Assembly: GCA_045657245.1 (NCBI GenBank)
Contig: JAZOSQ010000012.1
Coordinates: forward strand, 1-48,687
Direction: 5' to 3'
Source of the DNA: Eubacteriales bacterium
GTDB taxonomy: Bacteria > Bacillota > Clostridia > Oscillospirales > CAG-382
Length of the DNA stretch: 48,687 nt
Position numbers and translations under genes: made by a program. The notes under the pieces are model-generated. The model worked only from the letters and a program-made list of their open reading frames with translations. It was not told where the DNA came from and made no database searches. Below, one piece after another: positions 41,701-48,687 of this stretch (the first letter of the stretch is position 1; each line of letters begins with the position of its first letter).

Positions 41701-41960
41701 CCTCCGGCACAAACAACAACTTTGTTCCGTTCTAAATCGATTCCGCTTTCTTCGATTTCTCGAAGGTCGGCACTGGCTGCGCCTGCCTTGGGTTCCAAAT
41801 CTGAACCAACCATATATATCATGAGAGTTGTATTAGCAGGCGATTGACCAAGGATGATCGATGATTCATTCTGCTCTTGGGAATCTGTATTTGTATTACA
41901 ACCAACGAGCATAGAAAATAATATCGCAAACACAACACAAATGGAGAAGACTTTTTTCAC
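38757..41960 (-). CDS. clostripain-related (peptidase C11) cysteine protease lipoprotein
   Basis: Lipobox LVGC; TLMIYMVGSDLE, LILWDHGNG (catalytic His), GFDACLMA (catalytic Cys), ASQEIEP..GWNY; GTG start. Confidence 0.88.
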   Translation of the reverse strand: MKKVFSICVVFAILFSMLVGCNTNTDSQEQNESSIILGQSPANTTLMIYMVGSDLEPKAGAASADLREIEESGIDLERNKVVVCAGGTPYWHNEQLSSEHINILSLQKQGFVSVETQENVSMGDAEQLTAFLNFCWKNYQNDEFALILWDHGNGPVMGYGKDIVHENDALLLSEIKTALKNSSFSDNNKLAWVGFDACLMASAELNCIMADHAKYLIASQEIEPAFGWNYSFLSQLGKIETPTLLKSITDGYMTECDSYYTKRKYDNYDVTLSVVDLSHAAELETAINDLFSVASGEVEHYYDLLAKNRAETRALGRATTGSEYDLVDLKDMAMQLSPQYPQLVDNLLNVIDRMVMVNATSLNSCCGMSLYYPFFNKNYYEKDWKRIYSELGLFDEYQKYLLKYEQTWLKNDKLDKVAESLIPEQTNDTTYSITLNDEQAKSYSSAIYYIMKRENGDIYRPVFCSKDVVFENNVLKTDYDGMAIYVYAEGKEPFLPPLTVVDQIDRLYRYSGMFVLSNIRYKPSDIADEDLPDDICYWRYLLTFNSETKKIEMSGTVPYLESSTEDLVQSGRIAEADLSQYGSIEFVYAQSRYITRYDNGVIKPLDQWYSTGHITYNFISLAREYSFEYAPLANGEYYLMFEITDSQATSYCSELLPISVENGTKEEAPLTVTESVWEDGEDRVLLKSENGVKAYLCVKDTQREGTRYFIEVENANDFEIDVSATFSVNGNLIASSVNFDVNPYDFMYKHIDFGIVECTEAIENLSTLQIQLEIENNRSGAIIWPTQISKTDMSFAPKIDFLQNNKNKVAFNVPYKGALCQKQVIYETEDVRLTLMGIGKYSEKSEDSNPIYIFAENLSDKTLDFAIYGYEINGCYFYAYEGPYRLKPGEACYIHVYFGDFWLKDWTISEIHSMSILAVVSSNSVWLTEEFDCLWCPVKLEQHGKKQTFKLGDALWEEQGVRVYLRGRVEERELEIVIENTTDKDICLEVMESYFGGILYDKGLYTSLDCRLGPNQRTVGSVTIFSDLDEDLLSKQIDVRFQVKTFDETKILFTASQTALLSAELGE

Positions 41961-42027
41961 TTATGTTTTCCTTCTTTCCTTATCGTTACAAAATTACTCG
42001 TTACATGAGGGTTCTAAATACATTATC

Positions 42028-42056
42028 ATAATATCACAAAGATAGGTCTGGTTCAA
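42028..42056 (-). promoter_or_regulatory. sigma-A promoter of the clostripain-like gene pair
   Basis: Minus strand TTGAAC, 17 bp spacer, TATTAT, with a TGn extension. Confidence 0.55.
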
Positions 42057-42332
42057 GTTTTTTTGTATAATCTAGTGTAAAACCGTCGTTGCCATGACTT
42101 TTCAGCTCTGTTTTTTTTGTTCGATTTAAGTATATTACATTGTTTTATATTGTCTGTAATTTGGTAAGCGTATTTGCGAAACCTTTTTCTGTATACGGGA
42201 CATTGTATTAATGTTGCAGAATCGGGGGTTGTTTCCTCGCCGAAAAGCACCAATACAAAGCGGGGTGAACTTCACCCCGCTGTTTCTATCCTATGACAGT
42301 GTTATTTATTTCCGTCTGTGGATTTGGATAAT

Positions 42333-42375
42333 AAAAACTCCTTGTCTTGCGGATTACTGCAAAGCAAGGAGTTTT
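42333..42375 (-). terminator. intrinsic terminator of the RyR/TIR/transporter operon
   Basis: AAAAACTCCTTG...CAAGGAGTTTT stem ~50 nt beyond the stop at 42425. Confidence 0.6.
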
Positions 42376-42424
42376 ATATTTAATTATCTTCGATTATCGA
42401 GACAAGGCAAATGTCCCGTGCTTA

Positions 42425-43558
42425 TTAATGTCTTAGATATGTAACCAACAGCTGAACAATCAAGAATACGGTATTAATTCCTGTAAACATAAGCATATAT
42501 CGTTTGAATCCTTTGGGCTGGTGCTTTAAGAATTCTTTTAAGGTTATCAAGCTCGCCAATGAAGAAATAATTATACCCAAGGAGCCGACATTAACTGCTA
42601 CCAACAAGTCTGCCGAATATGCAACATCAGTAAATTTTGAAAGGAATATAGCCGTAGGAACATTACTGATAAATTGACACGAAACAATACCAGCAGCAAG
42701 CACATTTTCGCCGCTTTCGCCTACAATGCTCTTAATAAAGTCGCTGATCGCCGTTATACGGGCAATATTGCCAGAGAATATAAAGAACACACAGAAAGTA
42801 GCCAGTAATGCATAGTCCACTTCTTTGAAGCGTTTTCTATCCATAATCAAGATGGTTGCAACAACAAGCCCAAGCGCAAGCCAATGATTTATCACGCGGA
42901 AAATGCAAAGTATCACAATAACAAACAACATTGTATACATTGCCAACAGTTTTTTCTTGATATCCGGCTTTTTGTCATTTACTAGGCGAAGTTCCTCATT
43001 TTTGACGAACATGCTGCAAATGAACAGCATCACAAGGATCACTGCAGCCTGAACAAACAGAGCCCACAGGAAGTCTAGCAGACCCATCTCATAGTAGGAG
43101 AACAGGTATAGGTTTTGAGGATTGCCGTAGGGAGTGATCATACCGCCCATATTTGCGGCAATGGTCATCATAATAAAGGTAAATGCCAAGTATTTATCGT
43201 TACCAGTAGAATGCAGAACAATATAAGCCAAGGGCAAGAAGGTAATAAGCGACATGTCGTTTGCCACGATCATATCAAAGAAATATGTACCAAACACTAG
43301 CACACGAATAACGGCTCTTCTAGTGTGGAACAAACCGATCATCTTTCTGGAGATCAGTTCAAATACCTCGGTATACTTCAGACCCGCTACAACGGATAGC
43401 ATGCAAAACAAAGCAATTAGGGTCTTTTCCTCAAAGTAGCCCAGATATTTCGCATCCGGTGGAACGAAGAAACAAGTAACAATCGCTGCGACAATTGCAA
43501 TGGACAGTACTACTTCCTTTTTTGCAAAAGCCCAGATTTTGCCAAAAAACGCTTTCAT
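42425..43558 (-). CDS. ArsB/NhaD/SLC13 (IT superfamily) anion/ion transporter
   Basis: About 11 TM; ANDMSLITFLP, AANMGGMITPYGNPQNLYL, VDYALLATF, SQ-like ISNVPTAIFL, ISSLASLI. Start set at ATG 43558 using the GGAGGA RBS. Confidence 0.88.
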   Translation of the reverse strand: MKAFFGKIWAFAKKEVVLSIAIVAAIVTCFFVPPDAKYLGYFEEKTLIALFCMLSVVAGLKYTEVFELISRKMIGLFHTRRAVIRVLVFGTYFFDMIVANDMSLITFLPLAYIVLHSTGNDKYLAFTFIMMTIAANMGGMITPYGNPQNLYLFSYYEMGLLDFLWALFVQAAVILVMLFICSMFVKNEELRLVNDKKPDIKKKLLAMYTMLFVIVILCIFRVINHWLALGLVVATILIMDRKRFKEVDYALLATFCVFFIFSGNIARITAISDFIKSIVGESGENVLAAGIVSCQFISNVPTAIFLSKFTDVAYSADLLVAVNVGSLGIIISSLASLITLKEFLKHQPKGFKRYMLMFTGINTVFLIVQLLVTYLRH

Positions 43559-43576
43559 GATTTCCTCCACCCAGAA

Positions 43577-45274
43577 TTAGTCATCTCGCTTATCGGAAAT
43601 GCGAGCTTCCTTAATACCGTTGCGATGGCAATATGCCTGGGCTATAGAGCCCTCGTTACAGTAAACAACCACCTTTTCCTCGCAACCGTCGAAGACGCCC
43701 CATCCCAAATCAGTTACGGAGTCGGGGATAATAACGGTGTCCAAGCTGACACAGCCACGGAATGCGCAGTCATCTATCTTGGTTACGGAATCGGGAATTT
43801 CAATCTCATCCAGCAGAACACAGTTGCAGAAAGCACCTTCACCGATTTCATTAACGCTATCCGGCATCGTGATACGGTTCAGTTTCTTACTGTCGCAAAA
43901 TGCCCAGTCGCTAATCTCGGTAACAGAATCAGGAATGTCATACTGCACCTCACGACTATTTGCAGGATATGCAATCAGTTTAGACTTGTTTTTATTAAAG
44001 AGCACATAGTCACTGCCATCACGTTTGTTGGGTTCAGACTTATAGTGCTTATTCTTTGGATCTACACGGACGGACTTCAAGTTTTCGCAACCACGGAAGG
44101 GAGCATCGGAAATACTCACCACAGAGGCAGGAATGGACACGGTTGTCAAAGCCTTACAGTTCTTAAATGCACTCTTGCCAATCTTACGGAGGCCGAGCGG
44201 TAGCGACACATCAACCATATTGACACAGCCATTAAATACCAAGTCATCAATCTTAGTAACATTAGCAGGGATCACAACCTTTTCCAAACCAACACAGTCG
44301 GAAAAAGCATTTTCACCGATAACGGTCAATGCAGATGGTAGATTAATCTCATTTAGACTCTTACAGGAGTTGAACACGCCGCCATACAGCTCGGACATAC
44401 CGTCAGGAAGCTGGACCCGAGACAGATTAGCACAGTTTTCGAAGGCACGTTCGCCAATCTTGATGGCATCATTTGTAACCACCAATTCCGTCATGCTAAC
44501 ACAGTCACGGAATGCGCTTTCGCCGATGCGAGACACCTTGCCAGGAATAAACATAGATTGTAGCTTATTACAACCACGGAAAGCCTCTTCTTCAATTTCT
44601 TCCAGGCCGTCGGGCAGATTGATGATTGTCAACTGCTTTCTGTCTTTGAAAGCACCTGCGCAAACAATACGAACACTCTCGTCCACATCGATGGACTTGC
44701 CATTATCTTCACAGCGTTCCAGCTTACTAGCAGTCTCATCCAGAGTCAAACGATCCATGGTCTCTTCCGGCAAATCCTCTTTCATAGACTTCAAGAGCTT
44801 GTTCATATTATCATAGGTGCTGTGGTGGGTATTGTTGAGCAAAATCGAAAAAGCAGGGGGAACCGCGTCTTCACCTTCTAAGAAGATGGGGAACAATTTT
44901 TTTCCGTACTCCTTGGCAGTGAGGATCTCCATACCGCAGAAGGGAGAGTTCATAGAAGACTTGGACACGAACAACAACACACCTGAGCTTTTCTTAATGC
45001 GCTCACGAAGTTCTTCACGGAAATCATTGCCCACTTCGCAGGACTCATCATACCAGATACGATACTTCATATCGTGCAAGGCATCAAGAACCTTATATAC
45101 TTTATCACAATCTCGGTGGGAGTAGCTCACAAACAAATACTCTTCGTCACCCTTATAGGCCTCGAACTTTGTTGTAGCATCAATATAGTTTTCAATCATT
45201 GCCTTGGCCTGAACCTTAGTCAGAGCCTGGGTCATAGTCTTTCCTTCGATCTGGAGTATTTTTTCATCAGACAT
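43577..45274 (-). CDS. TIR domain plus BspA/TpLRR-type leucine-rich repeat protein, no signal peptide
   Basis: TIR box FVSYSHRD, IWYDE, LLFVSKSSMNSPFCGMEI (putative catalytic Glu), FPIFL; then about 14 repeats of IP..V..I...AF..C..L. Confidence 0.88.
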   Translation of the reverse strand: MSDEKILQIEGKTMTQALTKVQAKAMIENYIDATTKFEAYKGDEEYLFVSYSHRDCDKVYKVLDALHDMKYRIWYDESCEVGNDFREELRERIKKSSGVLLFVSKSSMNSPFCGMEILTAKEYGKKLFPIFLEGEDAVPPAFSILLNNTHHSTYDNMNKLLKSMKEDLPEETMDRLTLDETASKLERCEDNGKSIDVDESVRIVCAGAFKDRKQLTIINLPDGLEEIEEEAFRGCNKLQSMFIPGKVSRIGESAFRDCVSMTELVVTNDAIKIGERAFENCANLSRVQLPDGMSELYGGVFNSCKSLNEINLPSALTVIGENAFSDCVGLEKVVIPANVTKIDDLVFNGCVNMVDVSLPLGLRKIGKSAFKNCKALTTVSIPASVVSISDAPFRGCENLKSVRVDPKNKHYKSEPNKRDGSDYVLFNKNKSKLIAYPANSREVQYDIPDSVTEISDWAFCDSKKLNRITMPDSVNEIGEGAFCNCVLLDEIEIPDSVTKIDDCAFRGCVSLDTVIIPDSVTDLGWGVFDGCEEKVVVYCNEGSIAQAYCHRNGIKEARISDKRDD

Positions 45275-45289
45275 TGTATGTTCCTCCTA

Positions 45290-47227
45290 TTATTTCAATT
45301 TGGTTATTTTATATCGTTTGCCTGCGATATTCCATTTATCGCCAAGAATATCAGGTATTCTTAAAACAAGCTCTCTATCGTATACGGTCGTGTCTTTGCC
45401 CTCTAAATCCAGAGAAAGCTCTTCGAGTTTCTCATATTCGCAAATATATGGATGCATTTTTAATATCGGGCAATTATGTCTTCCCTTGCTAATTCCACTT
45501 GCTCTATATGAATAAACCTCTTCTTTGGTAGATGGTATCCAACCTTCGGTCTCCAGAAAAGCCATCCAACGATCATGCTCCGATATTGAAAGAAGTTCCA
45601 AATATTCTTCTGTATAAAACTCATTTATATTAACAGATTCGCCCTCTGACATATCTGTATAATCCAAGCCCAACAGATTTAACTTATATCGAATATGCAA
45701 AGCATTTGCACGATTAGCTCTTTTGTTCACCTCGAAAATATTATATCGTTTTAGCGCTTCGTGCAGATCGATTTGCCCCTGTGAGAAAATTTCTTCGTAT
45801 GCCAAATGAACGTTTTTCGCCAGCTTTTCCAAATCTGAATCCACCAAGTTTTTATATGTATAAACCTCTTCGAGACTTCCAAATGGAGTCAAATCGTAGC
45901 TCATTTTTCGTTTCGGATTCGATTCTGCAGTAGCTAGGTTTTTGACTATATTGAATTTTGATGCTTCTTTTATATAGCAAAAAATCGGAGGACAGGAATC
46001 AAAACTAGGGCTTAACCGATAGAACAATCTTCTTAGGATTATTCCCCGATTCATAGTTTCATTGTCTGTTGGCTCGCTAACCATCACATACGTTGCATCA
46101 AGACAATTTTCGCTTATCGTATTTATTGCCTCGTTTTCGCTACTGTGATCATAGAAAACAATGTCATACCGTTCGGTGAATAAACCCGGAACTCTAACTT
46201 TCAGATCATCAATTTGTCTTTGTATATTTAGTCCAACTACGGAAATTTTCAGAGAAAATCCGCCAAGTTGCCCGCACCACGCTATCGTTCTTAGCGCAGT
46301 AATATTAACCTCGGATAATCCGTACAATAAAATATGGATTTTATCTTTTGCATACTTGAACAAAGGATATTTATCCAGAAGATTATACAAAAGCATTTCA
46401 TATTCGTTAACACACTGAATATCAAGCATGCCTTTGTTTGCGGAATCTATAAAGACTGAGAAATCATCATATTTTGCGAATTGGAAAATATGAATACGCT
46501 CTTGTTCCGTAGGTTTAAATTCAGAATACTTTTCTATAAGCTGAAGAGTATAACTCAATGATGAATCTTCATTTTCGGAAATGCAGAAAAAGTAGATTTC
46601 TTTCCCTTTTTTACATTTCAAATTCAATTCCGCAATGCTTTCTTCTTTGAATATAAATCCTAATGTATTATCTCGCTCGTTATTAAGCGAATCAATTGTG
46701 CTATTTGCAAAAACAACATCACACATAATTTCTTTCAAGCTTTTTGCGAGGCATAAGGATCGTTCATTCACTTCAGAAAAAATGAACAGTGGCTTTTTGC
46801 GTTTGCTCGCCAAAAATAATTGTATCGACGAAAAACATCTAAATAGTACCGTTATTGCAGTTAGCGCAAAAACAATTGGAATCGCCAAATGCAAAACACC
46901 AAGCAAAACCATATACAAGTTGGCTAAAATGGAATTGTGGATGCCCGAGCATATAATCTCGTAATATTCCATAACGTCCGCATCAATGCTTATTACTCGC
47001 AATACGTTTATTAAATTGCCAATTAAGCCAGACACGAAATCATACGCCGACAAAAATACAGGCAAGTAAACAGTATAAACAGCACAGGATAAACATAATA
47101 CAACAAAAATTACTCTTAACGAACCACTTGCTTTATCTAGATAAGCGCGTACACTAAAAGAAATCAATAAAACTGAAATTATTGCACATATTATCCAAAT
47201 CATTTCTTTCTTCCTTACCTGCGTCAA
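45290..47227 (-). CDS. membrane protein with an N-terminal TM bundle, central RCK/Rossmann-like region and C-terminal RyR-like domain; start may be 47203
   Basis: 3-4 hydrophobic helices; IHILLYGLSEVN; LAKNVHLAY, ANRANALHIRYKL, LSISEHDRWMA..ETEGW, MHPYICEYEKL and YDRELV follow the bacterial RyR pattern. Confidence 0.75.
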   Translation of the reverse strand: MTQVRKKEMIWIICAIISVLLISFSVRAYLDKASGSLRVIFVVLCLSCAVYTVYLPVFLSAYDFVSGLIGNLINVLRVISIDADVMEYYEIICSGIHNSILANLYMVLLGVLHLAIPIVFALTAITVLFRCFSSIQLFLASKRKKPLFIFSEVNERSLCLAKSLKEIMCDVVFANSTIDSLNNERDNTLGFIFKEESIAELNLKCKKGKEIYFFCISENEDSSLSYTLQLIEKYSEFKPTEQERIHIFQFAKYDDFSVFIDSANKGMLDIQCVNEYEMLLYNLLDKYPLFKYAKDKIHILLYGLSEVNITALRTIAWCGQLGGFSLKISVVGLNIQRQIDDLKVRVPGLFTERYDIVFYDHSSENEAINTISENCLDATYVMVSEPTDNETMNRGIILRRLFYRLSPSFDSCPPIFCYIKEASKFNIVKNLATAESNPKRKMSYDLTPFGSLEEVYTYKNLVDSDLEKLAKNVHLAYEEIFSQGQIDLHEALKRYNIFEVNKRANRANALHIRYKLNLLGLDYTDMSEGESVNINEFYTEEYLELLSISEHDRWMAFLETEGWIPSTKEEVYSYRASGISKGRHNCPILKMHPYICEYEKLEELSLDLEGKDTTVYDRELVLRIPDILGDKWNIAGKRYKITKLK

Positions 47228-47285
47228 TATTCGCTTTTTCTATTTCGCATTTTGACATCATCATATACAAAGTTGATATTAATTT

Positions 47286-47314
47286 ATGATATCACGCATG
47301 TAAAATATTGTCAA
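47286..47314 (-). promoter_or_regulatory. sigma-A promoter of the RyR/TIR-LRR/transporter operon
   Basis: Minus strand TTGACA, 17 bp spacer, TATCAT, with a TGn extension. Confidence 0.7.
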
Positions 47315-47492
47315 TGAATTTCTTAATTTGTTTTAATTGTTCATATACAGAGCAAGCTCTTTCTGATGATTGTGTAAACTAAGAGCCGATACCGGGTTTG
47401 CGTTTCTATAGAACTGAGATTGGTTATGAAAGAGAATTTACTTTTCAAATGAAATTCGATATAATTCGAACACTTATATGTAGAGGTGTAAA

Positions 47493-47743
47493 ATGTATAC
47501 TCCTAAAAGTAAAAATCCTAATATCACTCCGCAAATGTTACAAAACGCATTATATATGGTATCCCTGAAAGAGGGACTCGCACATACGCAAGAATTCATT
47601 ACAAAAAACATGGTTTTCGTTTAATTCTTGACGAAGTGAACAGGAAAATATTAGCCTTATCTATAAATGATCAAATTTTATTTAGTATAAATTTTGATGA
47701 TATCGATACAGCTTTTTGCGTAGAAGAGAATGAAAGCAAATAA
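47493..47743 (+). pseudogene. possible frameshifted small gene remnant
   Basis: TATAAT at 47460, RBS GAGGTG, ATG 47493 and stop 47624. An overlapping second frame (...KRIIYGIPERGTRTYARIHYKKHGFRLILDE...) runs to TAA 47743. Confidence 0.3.
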
Positions 47744-47814
47744 TTACTCAGTATGATTGCAAAGCAGGTGAATTTCACCTCGCTTACCGCTCGGCTTCAA
47801 ATCCTTGATGCAAT

Positions 47815-47863
47815 AAAACAAAAAAGCCGTGCTTTGCACGACTTCTTTGTTTTGGCGGAGAAG
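47815..47863 (-). repeat. tRNA-3'-end-like 13-mer (right copy) with adjacent terminator-like hairpin
   Basis: TTTGGCGGAGAAG at 47851-47863, preceded by the hairpin AAACAAAAAAGCCGTGC-TTT-GCACGACTTCTTTGTTT. Confidence 0.45.
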
Positions 47864-48105
47864 GTTCGTTGCCTTCGGGTTCCTACACAGGTTTTATCAT
47901 TTCTTCATCATTCTCAAGAGGTTTTTCAATTGGAAGAATCTTTTGAGAATTTTTAATTGCAAAAATTGGGCAGTTGAAAATTATTCCGTACACATCACGG
48001 ACACATCAAATTGACTTTTTGCCTTGCAATTACTGCCGTTGGACACATGGACATATAGCGCTCTAATCCATTATACATCATTCTCTAAGATGTTGATGAA
48101 ACCGA

Positions 48106-48687
48106 TCACACAACAGTAATATATTTTTCTGCATACTTTTGGTAAATCGATTGATATTCGGAATTGTCTTTTTTATATGCTCGAACCGATTGGTGAAGCG
48201 CCAATGCATTTTCGGTAGATTCAAGGACACAACCTGCAATATTAGAGCAATGGTCGGAAATACGCTCTAAATCGGTAAGAACGTCTGCCCAAACAAAGCC
48301 AAGTTCGATACTGCAAACGCCCTGTTGAAGTCTTATAGTGTGATTGGAACGCAAACGGTCCTTTAATTCGTCGATAATCTGCTCCAAGGGTTCGATTGAG
48401 GTTGCGGAACGGATATCATTGTTTTCAAAGGCCTTCAAAGCCAAAGCGAGAATTTCATTGGTAGCATCGGAAATTATAGTCAATTCTTTTTTCGCCTCAG
48501 CGGAAAATTCAAGATTCTTACTTGCCATTTCCTGAGCAGATTTGGCAAGACCTGCGGTATGGTCGGATATTCGTTCCAAATCACCGATGGTTTTAAGAAG
48601 CTTTGCCGCCGTTGCGCTGTCGCGGTCATTAAGCTTTAATGCGCTTAATTTCACAAGATAATTACCGATAATATCCTCATAATGGTC
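48106..48687 (-). CDS. Na/Pi cotransporter family protein, C-terminal PhoU-like domains (5' end lies outside the window)
   Basis: DHYEDIIGNYLVKL, IGDLERISDH, HTIRLQQGVC, LTDLERISDHCSNIA; the frame stays open to the window edge. Confidence 0.88.
   Translation of the reverse strand, partial: DHYEDIIGNYLVKLSALKLNDRDSATAAKLLKTIGDLERISDHTAGLAKSAQEMASKNLEFSAEAKKELTIISDATNEILALALKAFENNDIRSATSIEPLEQIIDELKDRLRSNHTIRLQQGVCSIELGFVWADVLTDLERISDHCSNIAGCVLESTENALALHQSVRAYKKDNSEYQSIYQKYAEKYITVV

Noticed and set aside
43577-45274. Calling the TIR operon Thoeris, CBASS or Pycsar
   Set aside because: No SIR2/Macro ThsA, cyclase, STING or SAVED partner is visible.
12020-47850. Prophage, ICE or IS element
   Set aside because: No integrase, transposase, relaxase, T4SS or phage structural genes were recognised.
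47761-47870. Complete tRNA gene (GGCTTCAAATCC T-loop-like motif; CTCCGCCA end)
   Set aside because: The two fragments are on opposite strands and no cloverleaf can be built; the same applies at 12008.

Overview
This window looks like a Bacillota (Clostridia-like) chromosome, judged from gene content and sigma-A promoter/RBS style. The left arm (1-~12 kb) is housekeeping: 3' part of tex, gdhA, a small membrane ORF, hom, a two-ABC-exporter/DUF1854 cassette, glyQS and a HI0933/BaiN flavoprotein. From ~12.0 to ~47.85 kb lies an almost entirely minus-strand accessory block, bracketed by a 13-bp direct repeat that resembles a tRNA 3' end. It holds (i) a Zn-ribbon/DUF805 gene, (ii) a Wzx/Wzy polysaccharide cluster, (iii) a five-gene operon (VWA membrane protein, large tubulin/FtsZ-like GTPase, 2-TM coiled-coil protein, membrane-anchored degenerate SF2-helicase-like protein, DA1-like zinc peptidase), (iv) a clostripain-family lipoprotein plus a protease-less paralog, and (v) a three-gene operon (RyR-domain membrane protein, TIR-LRR protein, ArsB/NhaD-type transporter). 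The window ends in the 3' part of a Na/Pi cotransporter. Operons (iii) and (v) are the best candidates for undescribed systems. All domain calls were made by eye from motifs; no database search was run.
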